DNA of 64,000 nucleotides. Source: an uncultured Candidatus Rokubacteria bacterium. GTDB lineage: Bacteria > Methylomirabilota > Methylomirabilia > Rokubacteriales > DASRDR01. A program made the position numbers and the translations under genes. Location: contig CAVPSB010000018.1 in the NCBI GenBank assembly GCA_963708025.1, positions 96,001-160,000 of the forward strand. Reading direction: 5' to 3'. Within the stretch, counting starts at the first letter, position 1. Each line of letters opens with the position of its first letter. Below, piece by piece: positions 48,656 through 58,316 of the stretch. A model generated the notes under the pieces. The model saw only the letters and a program-made list of their open reading frames with translations. It did not search any database and had not been told where the DNA came from.

Positions 48656-50191
48656 TCACCGGATCAGCAGGAAGCACGCCGCCATCACGAGGGTCGGCAG
48701 CGCGGCCCCGGCCAGGAGCCCGAGCGGGGAGATGCCCCCGTCGAAATAGCGCCCCAGGATGGCCTGCCCCGCCGGGTTGGGCGCGTTGGCGATCACCGTC
48801 AGGCCGCCGCCGGTGACGGCCCCCGCCACCACCGCGTAGCGCAGCTCGGGGGTGAACCCCGGTACGAGCGCAGCCAGGTAGGTGATGGCCGCATTGTCGT
48901 TGAAGGCGGTGAGCACGATCGACCCGGCGAACAGCGGGACGGCCGGGAGCCGGCCCAGCACCGGCTCGATCCACCACTGCTGGAGGGCCCCGTGGACGAT
49001 CAGCCCGCCCAGGAAGAAGCCCACCAGGAGCGCGGGGCGCAGGTTGAGCGGGCTCTGGTAGGGCGCGGTCGCGAGGGTGAAGGCGAGGAAGACGAGGAAG
49101 CCGCCGACGAAGAGCACCGGCGTATGGCTGGCGAACACCGTCCACGCGAGGAAGCCGAGGTGCACGGCGACGATCCACGCGGGGACGGGCGCCGCCTCCC
49201 GGGCCGCGGCGGGCGCGGTCCCGCCCGGTCGGCGGAGCGTGGCCAGCTCGCCCCGGAGCCACACCGCGTAGAGGGCGCTGGCGATCAGGATCCCGACGAT
49301 CGCCTTCCAGCCGAAGGTGCGCAGCATGAAGCCGGAGTCCCAGCCCCACCGCGTGGCGACCATCACCACCGGCGGGGCGGCGAAGTGGGTCAGCGTCCCG
49401 CCGACCGAGATGTTGACGAAGAGCAGCCCGAGCGTCGCGTAGCGGAGCCGGAGGCTCGGCCCCCGCTCGAACACCTGGCGGCCCAGGAGGAGTGCGCCGA
49501 TGATCATCGCCGCGGGCTCGGTGATGAAGGAGCCGAGGACCGGCGCGACCGTCAGGATCGACAGCCACCACGCCAGCGGGGTCCGTCCGCCGAGCGCTGC
49601 CACGCGGCCGATCACGGCCTCGGCGAACTGGAGGACGGGTCGCGTCGAGGCGAGCGCCATGATCACCGTCACGAAGACGGGCTCGGTGAAGTCGACGCCG
49701 TGGCCGATGAACGCCTCCGCCGTCTCCCATCCCCTGGCGAGGGCGATGGCGGCGAGCAGGGGGATCACCCAGACGCCAAAGACCGCCTCGACCTCACCGA
49801 GGAAATGGAGCAGCTCGGCCCTGAAGTTGAGCGCGTGACTCGGCTCGGCCTCGAGAGCCTCGCCGGGGGCCTCGGGGCCGCCGCCCGGCCCCGGCTCGTG
49901 CTGTTCCCCCCGGAGCCGGTGGGACCACGCCGTGATCCGGGCCGCGGCGAAGGTGTGGAGGATCGCCAGGCCGAACAGGACCGTCGCGACCAGGTTCAGC
50001 GGCTCGACCCGGATCCGGTGCGCCAGCACCGCCGGAAGCGACAGGCCCGCCTCGCCCTGGTAGCGATCGAGCGGAGGCGGAAACGACAGCGCGGGATCCG
50101 CGCCCGGGCCCGCGGCGAGCAGGGCGCCCGGGAGCGCCACCAGAGCCAGGACGCCGAGCGCGGCCCTGAGCCGTTGACGAGCCACTGTCAT
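48656..50191 (-). CDS. Putative Na+/H+ antiporter (DUF1504-like)
   Basis: HFLGEVEAVFG, GSFITEPAAM, NISVGGTLTHFAAPP, GGGLTVIANAPNPAG. Confidence 0.88.
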   Translation of the reverse strand: MTVARQRLRAALGVLALVALPGALLAAGPGADPALSFPPPLDRYQGEAGLSLPAVLAHRIRVEPLNLVATVLFGLAILHTFAAARITAWSHRLRGEQHEPGPGGGPEAPGEALEAEPSHALNFRAELLHFLGEVEAVFGVWVIPLLAAIALARGWETAEAFIGHGVDFTEPVFVTVIMALASTRPVLQFAEAVIGRVAALGGRTPLAWWLSILTVAPVLGSFITEPAAMIIGALLLGRQVFERGPSLRLRYATLGLLFVNISVGGTLTHFAAPPVVMVATRWGWDSGFMLRTFGWKAIVGILIASALYAVWLRGELATLRRPGGTAPAAAREAAPVPAWIVAVHLGFLAWTVFASHTPVLFVGGFLVFLAFTLATAPYQSPLNLRPALLVGFFLGGLIVHGALQQWWIEPVLGRLPAVPLFAGSIVLTAFNDNAAITYLAALVPGFTPELRYAVVAGAVTGGGLTVIANAPNPAGQAILGRYFDGGISPLGLLAGAALPTLVMAACFLLIR

Positions 50192-50994
50192 CAGTGCTTC
50201 CGGAAGAAGGCGTGGGCGCCGGCCCCGGCGACCAGCACCGTCATCTGCTCGGGCTTGCCCCGCAGGAACTCGTCGCAGGCCGTCTTCACGCCGGGCAGGA
50301 TGTTGTTCACGTCGTGGCGGGCCGGATCGCAGTAGTCGTCCACCACGACGATCGCGTCCCTGGTCAGCCGGGGGTAGAGGTGCTCCAGGCTCTCGCGGAC
50401 CGAGCTGTAGAAGTCGCCATCGACGTGCGCGAAGCAGATCTGGCGGGGGAGCTCACGCGGCAGGGTGTCCTCGAACCAGCCCTTGTGGACGACCGGCGGC
50501 GCGGCCCCGGCCCGCCGGAAGTTCTCCACCAGCGCCTCCTCCGTCGTCCGGCAGTCGCCCGGCTCGAAGCGCGTGACCCCGTCCTCGGGAGACTTCGCCG
50601 GCAGCCCCTCGAACGAGTCGTAGACGTGGAGCCGCCGGTCGGCCCCGAGCTGGTCGAGCGTCTTCCGGAGCACGATGGCCGTCGTGCCGGCGTGGCAGCC
50701 GAGCTCGACGACGTCGCCGGGGACGTCCATGACCAGGACCTGGCTCAGCAGGTGGTAGATGTTCACGGCCTGCTCGACGGTGACCATGCCGCCCTGGAGG
50801 AGGTTCTCGTTGGGGTCGTAGCGCGAGTACTTGATCCCGAAGTGGCGGTTGAGGTCGTCGCGCTTGAACTTGAGCGCGAAGCGCCGATTGTGCCGGTTGA
50901 AGAACTTGATCGCCCGGGCCGCGAGCCGCATGCCCCGGGTCGCCTTCCGGCCGTCGTCGCGCCGGAGCGCGAGGATGAATGTGTTGTCGTTCAT
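50191..50994 (-). CDS. TylF/MycF/NovP-family O-methyltransferase
   Basis: VPGDVVELGC, YDSFEGLP, KGWFEDTLP, HVDGDFY, VVDDY. Confidence 0.9.
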   Translation of the reverse strand: MNDNTFILALRRDDGRKATRGMRLAARAIKFFNRHNRRFALKFKRDDLNRHFGIKYSRYDPNENLLQGGMVTVEQAVNIYHLLSQVLVMDVPGDVVELGCHAGTTAIVLRKTLDQLGADRRLHVYDSFEGLPAKSPEDGVTRFEPGDCRTTEEALVENFRRAGAAPPVVHKGWFEDTLPRELPRQICFAHVDGDFYSSVRESLEHLYPRLTRDAIVVVDDYCDPARHDVNNILPGVKTACDEFLRGKPEQMTVLVAGAGAHAFFRKH

Positions 50995-51001
50995 CGGCGG
51001 C

Positions 51002-51685
51002 TCAGCCGCCGCCCGGGCCGCGGAGGAGTGGGACGAGGGTCCCGTACCACGCCGCGGCGATCTTCGCGTGGCCGCTCTCGTTGGGGTGGACGCCGTCTCC
51101 GATATCGGCCAGCGTGAGCCCGGCGGCGACATCGACCAGGCGGACGCGCCGGCCGGCGGCCGCCCGGGCCTGCACGACGGCGGGCAGCGCCCGGTTGAAG
51201 GCGGCCACCCGCCGGTTGGCCTCGGCGCCGGCCAGCGGCGGCAGCGTCGCGACCAGCACCGTGGCCGCCGGGAGCTGGCGTGTGATTCGGTCCAGCAGCT
51301 CGCCGAGACGAGCCGGGGCGGCGACCGCGTGGTTCTGCAGCACGTCGTTGGTCCCGATCATCAGGAGCACGATCTCGGGCCGGTGCCGCGCGAGCCAGCC
51401 GTCCACGCTCGCGGCCACCTCGTCGATCCGCCACCCCGAGTGGCCCTCGTGGTCGCGGTCACCCAGCTCGGGAGGGCCGTTCTGGAGCGAGCCGACGAAG
51501 TCGATGCGCCGCTGGTCCTGGCCCACGAGCCGGCGCCACAGCTCGATCCGGTAGCCGCCGGGGACCTGCGCGCCGTCGGTGATGGAGTCGCCGAGGGGCA
51601 TGATGCGGACCCCGGCCGCGCCGGCCGGCCCGGCGCCGGCCACCAGCACCGCCAGCACGGCGAGCCAGACGGCCCGGAGACTCAA
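51002..51685 (-). CDS. Secreted SGNH/GDSL hydrolase
   Basis: RIMPLGDSIT, HEGHSG, IGTND, DGVHPN; TTG start overlaps the amidase stop. Confidence 0.9.
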   Translation of the reverse strand: MSLRAVWLAVLAVLVAGAGPAGAAGVRIMPLGDSITDGAQVPGGYRIELWRRLVGQDQRRIDFVGSLQNGPPELGDRDHEGHSGWRIDEVAASVDGWLARHRPEIVLLMIGTNDVLQNHAVAAPARLGELLDRITRQLPAATVLVATLPPLAGAEANRRVAAFNRALPAVVQARAAAGRRVRLVDVAAGLTLADIGDGVHPNESGHAKIAAAWYGTLVPLLRGPGGG

Positions 51686-53199
51686 TCGACTCGAGGCCTC
51701 GGAGGAGCTGGGCACTCCGGCTCCCCCCTCCCCCCCGCCACAGGCCGAAGGCCGTCCAACGGGCGGGGGAGGGGGGTGGGGGGGGTAGGAGGGAGGTCTC
51801 GAAGATCGGGGCGACGCCGCCACCAGCCGGTGGCCTGCTCGTAGGCGTGGCCGGCGCGCAGCACGGTCGCCTCGTCGAATGGCCGCCCGACGACCGTGAG
51901 CCCGAGGGGCAGGCCGGTGGCGGAGAACCCGCACGGGACGCTGAGGGCCGGGAGCCCCAGCGCGTTCCACGGGCGCGTGAGCCGCGAGAAGCGTCCCATG
52001 CGCCGCACGATCTCCTCGGTGGTCCCGGCCTTGACGGCCTCGAGCGCCGGCGCCGGCTCGGGGATCGTCGGCATGACGAGGAGGTCCGCGTCGGGGAAGA
52101 CCTCGCGGATGAAGCTCCGGGCCAGGCGCGCGCGCAGCCGGGCCGCCTGCAGGTAGTCGTAGGCGCTCACGTGCAAGCCGACCTCGAGCCGCGCCCGCAC
52201 CGCCGGCTGGAGGACGTGCGGCTGCTCGCGGACGACCCGTCCGTGGATGGCCGCGCTCTCGCAGCGGGCGACGATGTTGGCGACGTCGGCGAGGATCTGC
52301 GGGTCCGGCAGCGGCCGCTCTCCGACGCGGGCGCCCAGCTCGGCCAGGACGGCGACCGCCGCGCGCACGCCGGCCGCGACCTCCCCGTCGAGCCCCTCCC
52401 AGTAGTAGCCTTGGGGCACCACGACGCGGAGCCCGGCGATCGGCCGGTCCAGCGCCGCGGTGTAGTCGGGGACGGGACGGCGGCTGGAGGTGGCGTCGAG
52501 GGGATCGTGGCCGGCGATGACCGCGAGGAGCAGGGCTGCATCGCGGACGGTCCGGGCCATGGGGCCGACGTGGTCGAGCGACCACGAGAGTGGCATCGCG
52601 CCGGCCCGGCTCACGCGCCCGTAGGTCGGCTTGAGCCCGACGATCCCGCAGCAGGCGGCGGGGAGCCGGATGGAGCCGCCGGTGTCGCTGCCGAGGGCGC
52701 CCGGCACGAGCCCGGCGGCGACGGCCGCCCCGGAGCCGCTCGAGGAGCCGCCGGCGGCGTGGCCAGGCCGCCAGGGCGTCTGGGCGTCGCCCCGGTGGGC
52801 GTTGTCGCCGAACGGGCCGAGAGCCAGCTCGCTCAGGTTGAGCTTGCCGAGCGTGATCGCGCCGGCCGCCGCCAGCCGCGCCACGACGGTGGCGTCGCCC
52901 TCCGCCACGAAGTACTCATCGGTCTTGGTGCCGCAGGAGGTCGGCAGCCCCCGGACCGCGAAGAGGTCCTTGTAGGCGAGCGGGACCCCGTGGAGCGGAC
53001 CCCGGAGCCGGCCGGCGCGCGCCTCGGCCTCCCGCGCCTTTGCCGTCTCACGCGCGCGCTCGCCGTCCACCGTGATGAAGGCGTGGAGCCGCCCGTCGAG
53101 GCGCTCGATCCGCTGCAGGCACGCCTCGGTCAGCTCGACGGGCGAGAGGCGGCCGGCACGGATCCCGGCGGCCAGCTCGGTCAGGGTCGCGTCAGTCAT
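51682..53199 (-). CDS. Amidase signature family protein; C-terminus extended through a repeat
   Basis: LHGVPLAYKD, GGSSSGS, GSDTGGSIRLPA, GLKPTYGRVS. Confidence 0.95.
   Translation of the reverse strand: MTDATLTELAAGIRAGRLSPVELTEACLQRIERLDGRLHAFITVDGERARETAKAREAEARAGRLRGPLHGVPLAYKDLFAVRGLPTSCGTKTDEYFVAEGDATVVARLAAAGAITLGKLNLSELALGPFGDNAHRGDAQTPWRPGHAAGGSSSGSGAAVAAGLVPGALGSDTGGSIRLPAACCGIVGLKPTYGRVSRAGAMPLSWSLDHVGPMARTVRDAALLLAVIAGHDPLDATSSRRPVPDYTAALDRPIAGLRVVVPQGYYWEGLDGEVAAGVRAAVAVLAELGARVGERPLPDPQILADVANIVARCESAAIHGRVVREQPHVLQPAVRARLEVGLHVSAYDYLQAARLRARLARSFIREVFPDADLLVMPTIPEPAPALEAVKAGTTEEIVRRMGRFSRLTRPWNALGLPALSVPCGFSATGLPLGLTVVGRPFDEATVLRAGHAYEQATGWWRRRPDLRDLPPTPPTPLPRPLDGLRPVAGGRGEPECPAPPRPRVD
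51715..51803 (+). repeat. Family A repeat with one 22-nt module, inside the amidase 3' end
   Basis: CTCCGGCTCCCCCCTCCCCCCCG-[CCACAGGCCGAAGGCCGTCCAA]-CGGGCGGGGGAGGGGG...GGGAGGTCTCGAA. Confidence 0.85.
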
Positions 53200-53359
53200 G
53201 CGGGCGCTCGGGGGGGAGGGCCTCGGGCTCGGGAGCGCCGGCCTCCAGCGCGGCCAGGAAGCGCGCCGGCTCCTCGGCGAGGGCGAGGTCCCCGGCCGCG
53301 CGCTCGATCACCGCGGCGAAATCGGCGAGCGGACCCTGGAGCGCGCGCTCAGCGGGCAT
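53192..53359 (-). CDS. Small protein (55 aa) upstream of the amidase, possibly an AtzG/GatC-like partner
   Basis: MPAERALQGPLADFAAVIERAAGDLALAEEPARFLAALE...; overlaps both neighbouring genes; not in the ORF track. Confidence 0.6.
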   Translation of the reverse strand: MPAERALQGPLADFAAVIERAAGDLALAEEPARFLAALEAGAPEPEALPPERPHD

Positions 53360-53993
53360 CGTGGGGGTTCACCGGAGTCGAGGCGGGCTCGGCGTCCGGC
53401 GCCGATACGATCGTGAGCCCGGCCGCCCGCAACACCTCGAGCACCCGGCCCAGGTCGCGCGTCTCGATGGACAGCTGCACCCGCTCGGGTCGGACCCCGC
53501 GGCCGAGGGGCTCGAGGGTCGCCACGAGCAGGCGGGCGACCTCGAGCCCGAGCGAGCGGACGGCGGAGTGGGCCTGGGCCATCGCGTCCGGCCGGTATAC
53601 CACCACCACCTCGCTCATGCGTCCGCCGACCTGGACCCGCATCATGTTGACGAGGGCCGCCACCGCGTCGGTCTGGGTGAGGATCCCGACCAGCTTGCCC
53701 TCCTCGATCACCGGCAGGCAGCCGATGCGCCGGTCGAAGAGGAGCCGCGCCGCCTTGTCCATCGCGGTGCGCGGACTGACCACGACGACCGGGTGGCTCA
53801 TGATGGCGTCCACCCGCGTGCCGGGATCCACGCCCCGGAGGTCCCGATCGGTGACGACGCCCACGACGCGGTCCCCCTCCATCACCGGGAGGTGGCGGAT
53901 GCCGTGGCCGCGCAGGAGGGCCACGGCGTCGGCCGCCGTCGTCCGGGGCCGGACCGTGTGCACGGGACTCGACATCCAGGAAGAGACCTGCAT
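53349..53993 (-). CDS. CBS-domain protein with ACT-like C-terminus (AcuB-like)
   Basis: IRHLPV..VGVVTDRDL and IGCLPV..LVGILTQTD. Confidence 0.88.
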   Translation of the reverse strand: MQVSSWMSSPVHTVRPRTTAADAVALLRGHGIRHLPVMEGDRVVGVVTDRDLRGVDPGTRVDAIMSHPVVVVSPRTAMDKAARLLFDRRIGCLPVIEEGKLVGILTQTDAVAALVNMMRVQVGGRMSEVVVVYRPDAMAQAHSAVRSLGLEVARLLVATLEPLGRGVRPERVQLSIETRDLGRVLEVLRAAGLTIVSAPDAEPASTPVNPHDAR

Positions 53994-54066
53994 GCTCAGT
54001 CCCAAGAATGCCCGAGGGCCATCCGGACGCGCAAGGGGACGCCGGGCACCGAGGACAGTTTCGAGT

Positions 54067-54081
54067 TGGCACGCGTCTCGC
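54067..54081 (+). promoter_or_regulatory. Putative sigma54 promoter
   Basis: TGGCAC-GCGTC-TCGC upstream of a GGAGGT SD and ATG 54108. Confidence 0.55.
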
Positions 54082-54107
54082 TATGGCTTCCGGTGGAGGT
54101 GCGAATC

Positions 54108-54308
54108 ATGGAGGTCCGGCGATACCTGGGGGCGCTGCTCGTGGTCGGGGTCCTGGCCGCCGGGGTCCTGGCGGGCTGTGACTAGGGCCCGGCGCAGCGA
54201 ACCGGCGAGAAGATCGACAACGCCATGGACAAGCTGACCGGCAAGGGTCCCGCAGAGAAGGCGGGCGAGAAGATCGACGAGGCGATCGACGCCGTCAAGA
54301 AGAAGTAG
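54108..54308 (+). pseudogene. Small lipoprotein interrupted by an in-frame TAG
   Basis: MEVRRYLGALLVVGVLAAGVLAGCD*GPAQRTGEKIDNAMDKLTGKGPAEKAGEKIDEAIDAVKKK. Confidence 0.75.
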
Positions 54309-54459
54309 CGGCGATCGCCCACCGGCGTCGGGGCCGGACGGCCCTCCGTCGGTGGGCTCACGCCGGGCTCCGCGGGGGCCCCATTGCCCGCGCGGCCCGA
54401 GTCGGTGACAATGGTAGGTGCCGGCGCCGGAGGGTCGGGTCCCGGCGAGGGGGGTCGGT

Positions 54460-54690
54460 ATGGTGCTCGCGGTGGATTGCAGCCGTCTTTGCCCTGATTG
54501 TGACATCCTCACCGAGTCGCTTGTCTGCCCCGTCTGCGGGCGTGACCGGACGTTTCCCGTGGCCGCGTGGCTGAGCCCCCTGAAGGCCGCCCGCCCACCC
54601 GCGGTGGCTCATGCGACACTCCATCTCCGGCGTGACCTGATCCGGCGTCGTGCCGCGGGGGATCGCCGCCCCCTCGGTCGCGCCTCTTGA
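54460..54690 (+). CDS. Small zinc-ribbon protein
   Basis: CPDC...CPVC pair; GAGGGGG SD. Confidence 0.65.
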   Translation: MVLAVDCSRLCPDCDILTESLVCPVCGRDRTFPVAAWLSPLKAARPPAVAHATLHLRRDLIRRRAAGDRRPLGRAS

Positions 54691-54817
54691 CCGACTGCGA
54701 CGCCATCATCCTTCGCGCTCCCAGCACGCGCTCCCGGCCGGCTTGACTCGGACCCAGTGAGCCGATAGGCTCGCGGCGTCCGCCTGTCTCATCGCCACAC
54801 TCACCCCGGGGGGATCC

Positions 54818-55840
54818 GTGCACCCGTTCCTGGCCGCGTGTCGTCGACACGAGACCGGCTTCACGCCGGTCTGGCTGATGCGCCAGGCGGGGCGCTATCT
54901 GCCGGAGTACCGGGCGCTGCGGAGCCGGTTCGGCTTCCTGGAGCTGTGCAAGAACCCCGAGGCGGCGGCGGAGGTGACGCTCCTGCCGGTGGAGCGCCTC
55001 GCGGTGGACGCGGCGATTCTCTTCGCCGACATCCTGCTCGTCGCGGAGCCCATGGGCGTCGGGCTCGAGTTCGCGCGCGGCGAGGGGCCGGCGATCCACC
55101 GGCCGGTCCGCTCGGCCGCGGACGTGGGGCGGCTGGCCGAGCCGGACCCGACCGAGACGCTTTCTTTCGTCTTCGAGACCGTGCGTCGGGTCCGGGCGGC
55201 CCTGGCGGACCGGATTCCCCTGATCGGCTTCGCCGGCGCGCCCTTCACGGTTGCCTCCTACCTGATCGAGGGCGGCGCCTCCCGCGACTACCTGGAGACC
55301 AAGCGCCTGATGTACGCCGACCCCGACGCCTGGCACGCGCTGCTGGCGCTCCTCGCCCGCACGACGGCCCGCTACCTGAACGGCCAGATCGCGGCCGGCG
55401 CCCAGGCGGTCCAGCTCTTCGATTCCTGGGTCGGGTGCCTGGCGCCCGACGACTACCGCGCGTACGTGCTGCCGCACAGCCGGGCGGTGATCCAGGCCCT
55501 GACGCCGGGCGTCCCGGTGATCCATTTCGGGACGGGCACCGCCGGGCTGCTCGAGGCGTTCCGAGAGGCGGGGGGCGACGTGATCGGCCTCGACTGGCGC
55601 GTGGATCTGGGCCAGGCCTGGGCCCGGGTCGGCCACGACGTCGCGGTGCAGGGCAACCTCGATCCCGTCGCGCTGCTGGCACCGCCGGAGGCGATCCGCC
55701 AGCGGGTCCGGGCGATCCTGGACCGCGCCGGCGGCCGACCCGGCCACGTCTTCAACCTGGGCCATGGGGTGTTGCCCCAGACGCCCGTGGATCACGTCCG
55801 CACGATGGTGGATGCCGTCCACGAGCTCTCGGCGCGGTAA
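54818..55840 (+). CDS. hemE: Uroporphyrinogen decarboxylase
   Basis: PVWLMRQAGRYLPEY, LIGFAGAPFT, QGNLDP, FNLGHG. Confidence 0.97.
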   Translation: MHPFLAACRRHETGFTPVWLMRQAGRYLPEYRALRSRFGFLELCKNPEAAAEVTLLPVERLAVDAAILFADILLVAEPMGVGLEFARGEGPAIHRPVRSAADVGRLAEPDPTETLSFVFETVRRVRAALADRIPLIGFAGAPFTVASYLIEGGASRDYLETKRLMYADPDAWHALLALLARTTARYLNGQIAAGAQAVQLFDSWVGCLAPDDYRAYVLPHSRAVIQALTPGVPVIHFGTGTAGLLEAFREAGGDVIGLDWRVDLGQAWARVGHDVAVQGNLDPVALLAPPEAIRQRVRAILDRAGGRPGHVFNLGHGVLPQTPVDHVRTMVDAVHELSAR

Positions 55841-55849
55841 ACTCGTCGC

Positions 55850-56794
55850 ATGGCCGCGCAGGTCGACGCCGTCCTCCTGATCGCCTTCGGAGGGCCGGAG
55901 AAGCCTGACGACATCCGGCCCTTCCTGGCCAACGTGACGCGGGGCCGCGCCATCCCGGCGGCCCGCCTGGAGGAGGTGGCGCATCACTACGAGCTGATCG
56001 GCGGGCGCTCGCCGCTGAACGAGCTGACCTTTCGCCAGGCCGACGCCCTCCACGCCCGCCTGGCGGCGGCCGGCGCCGAGCTGGCGGTGTACGTCGGGAT
56101 GCGGAACTGGACGCCGTACCTCCACGAGACGCTGGCCGCGATGGCCGCCGCCGGCGTCCGCACGGCCCTCGGCGTGATCCTCTCCGCGCACCAGACCGAG
56201 GCCTCGTGGGAGCGCTACCAGGCCAGCGTCGACGAGGCGCGGAGCCGCGTGGGTCCGGCGGCGCCGGCGGTGCGCTACACCTCGGTCTGGTTCGACCGGC
56301 CGGGGTTCGTCGAGGCGATGGCCGACCGCGTCCGCGAGGCGTTCCGGGGGATCCCGGCCACCGAGCGCGCGGCGACCCCACTCGTCTTCACCGCCCACAG
56401 CGTGCCGGTGCCGATGGCCGAGGCCTCGCCGTACGTCGCCCAGATCGCGGAGTCGTCCCGGCTGGTGGCCGCGCGCCTGGGCCACGAGCGCTGGTCGGTG
56501 GCGTACCAGAGTCGGAGCGGCCGGCCGCAGGACCCGTGGCTCGAGCCCGACGTCGGGGACGAGATCCGGCGGCTCCACGCGGGGGGAGCCCGCGACGTCG
56601 TCGTGGCGCCGATCGGCTTCGTCTGCGATCACGTGGAGGTGCTCTACGACCTCGACGTGGAGGCGAGGGGGATCGCCGAGGCCTGCGGGATCGGCTTCCA
56701 CCGGGCGGTCACGGTCACGGATCACCCGGCCTTCATCGACACGCTGGCCGACCTCGTCCGCGACGAGCTCGCGCGGCACCCCGACGGTGGCTAG
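55850..56794 (+). CDS. hemH: Ferrochelatase
   Basis: FGGPE, HYELIGGRSPL, FTAHS, YQSRSG...WLEPD, GFVCDHVEVLYDLD. Confidence 0.95.
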   Translation: MAAQVDAVLLIAFGGPEKPDDIRPFLANVTRGRAIPAARLEEVAHHYELIGGRSPLNELTFRQADALHARLAAAGAELAVYVGMRNWTPYLHETLAAMAAAGVRTALGVILSAHQTEASWERYQASVDEARSRVGPAAPAVRYTSVWFDRPGFVEAMADRVREAFRGIPATERAATPLVFTAHSVPVPMAEASPYVAQIAESSRLVAARLGHERWSVAYQSRSGRPQDPWLEPDVGDEIRRLHAGGARDVVVAPIGFVCDHVEVLYDLDVEARGIAEACGIGFHRAVTVTDHPAFIDTLADLVRDELARHPDGG

Positions 56795-58304
56795 CGCGAA
56801 CGACCCCAGCGCGAACGACCCCCAGGTGGGGGGGTCCAGGGGGGGAGTGGTTGGGACTCCCCCCCTGCAGGTCGTTGTCGTGGGTGGTGGGATCACCGGC
56901 CTCGCCGCGGCGCATCGGCTCGTGGAGCTGGCCCGGGAGCGCGGGCTTGCGGCCGATGTCACGGTGGTGGAAGCGGCCGGGCGGCTCGGCGGGACCATCC
57001 AGACCGAGCGCGTGGACGGGTTCCTCGTCGAGGCCGGCCCCGACTCCTTCATCTCCGAGAAGCCGTGGGCGCTGGCCCTCGCCGAGCGGATCGGCCTCGG
57101 TCCTCGCCTGTGCCGGACCGACGACCGGCATCGCCGGACCTACGTGGCGCGCGCCGGCCGGCTCCACCCCTTGCCGGACGGCTTCCTCTTGCTGGCCCCG
57201 GCCCGCCTCGTGCCCTTCGTCGCCTCGTCTCTCTTCTCCTGGCCGGGCAAGCTCCGGATGGCGCTCGACCTCGTGCTGCCGCGCCGGGCCGGGACCGGCG
57301 ACGAGAGCCTGGCGAGCTTCGTGACGCGGCGGCTCGGCCGGGAGGCGCTGGAGCGCGTCGCCGAGCCGCTGGTGGCGGGCATCTACACCGCGGTGCCCGA
57401 GCGGCTCAGCCTGGCGGCCACCATGCCCCGGTTCCTCGCGCTCGAGCGCCAGCACCGGAGCCTGATCCTCGGCCTCCGGAAGAGCGCCGCCGCGGGGGAG
57501 GTGCGCGGGGCGAGCGGCGCGCGCTGGAGCCTCTTCGTCACGCTGGCGGGCGGGATGGGTGAGCTGGTGGAGGCGCTGGCGGGGCGGCTGCCGCCCGGTG
57601 CGGTCCGGCTCGGCGCCCGGGTGACCGGTCTCGCGCGCGAGGCGGGAGGAGCGGCCTGGCAGGTCCGGCTCGCCGACGGCGGCGTGCTGCCGGCCGACGC
57701 CGTGGTGCTGGCCGGCCCGGCGCCCCGCATGGCACCCCTCGTCGAGGGGTTCGATCCGGAGCTGGCCCGCGGGCTCGGCGCCATTGGCTACGCCTCCTCG
57801 GCCACCGTGAGCCTGGCCTACCCCCGCGCGGCGATCCGCCACCCGCTGGATGGCTTCGGGGTCGTGATCCCGCGATCCGAGGGCCGGGCGACCCTGGCCT
57901 GCACGTTCTCCAGCGTGAAGTACCCCGGCCGCGCGCCGGAGGGCGCCGTCCTGCTGCGCGCGTTCCTCCGCGACCGGGGGGGCGAGATCCTCGAGCGGGA
58001 CGACGCCACGCTGGCGGGGCTGGCCGAGCAGGACCTCGGCGCCTACCTCGGGATCGAGGGCCGGCCGGTGCTGACCCGGGTGTCCCGCCATCCGGCCGCG
58101 ATGCCCCAGTACGAGGTCGGTCACCTCGAGCGCGTCACGGCCCTGGAAGCGCGGCTCGCGGCCTGGCCGGGCCTGGCGCTGGCGGGCGCTGCCTACCGGG
58201 GCGTCGGGATCTCCGACTGCGTCCGATCGGGCGAGGAGAGCGCCGAGCGGCTGCTCGCCGCGCTGGCCGGATCGGCCTTGACAGCGCCGGCCGGGCGCTC
58301 GTAG
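56787..58304 (+). CDS. hemY: Protoporphyrinogen/coproporphyrinogen oxidase (HemY type)
   Basis: VVGGGITGLAAA, EAGPDSF, MPQYEVGH, GVGISDCV. Confidence 0.93.
   Translation: MASANDPSANDPQVGGSRGGVVGTPPLQVVVVGGGITGLAAAHRLVELARERGLAADVTVVEAAGRLGGTIQTERVDGFLVEAGPDSFISEKPWALALAERIGLGPRLCRTDDRHRRTYVARAGRLHPLPDGFLLLAPARLVPFVASSLFSWPGKLRMALDLVLPRRAGTGDESLASFVTRRLGREALERVAEPLVAGIYTAVPERLSLAATMPRFLALERQHRSLILGLRKSAAAGEVRGASGARWSLFVTLAGGMGELVEALAGRLPPGAVRLGARVTGLAREAGGAAWQVRLADGGVLPADAVVLAGPAPRMAPLVEGFDPELARGLGAIGYASSATVSLAYPRAAIRHPLDGFGVVIPRSEGRATLACTFSSVKYPGRAPEGAVLLRAFLRDRGGEILERDDATLAGLAEQDLGAYLGIEGRPVLTRVSRHPAAMPQYEVGHLERVTALEARLAAWPGLALAGAAYRGVGISDCVRSGEESAERLLAALAGSALTAPAGRS
56793..56865. repeat. 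15-bp tandem duplication plus an inverted family B-like repeat at the hemY 5' end
   Basis: AGCGCGAACGACCCC x2 (56793-56822), then G7-TCCA-G7-AGT-GGTTGGG-ACT-C7. Confidence 0.6.
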
Positions 58305-58307
58305 AGT
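58278..58307 (+). promoter_or_regulatory. Putative sigma70-type promoter
   Basis: TTGACA-18 nt-TAGAGT, 9 nt upstream of ATG 58317. Confidence 0.5.
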
Positions 58308-58316
58308 TCGGCCACG

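Noticed and set aside
54183-54185. Pyrrolysine or genetic-code reassignment at the in-frame TAG
   Set aside because: Many genes in the window end normally with TAG, and no pyl genes are present.
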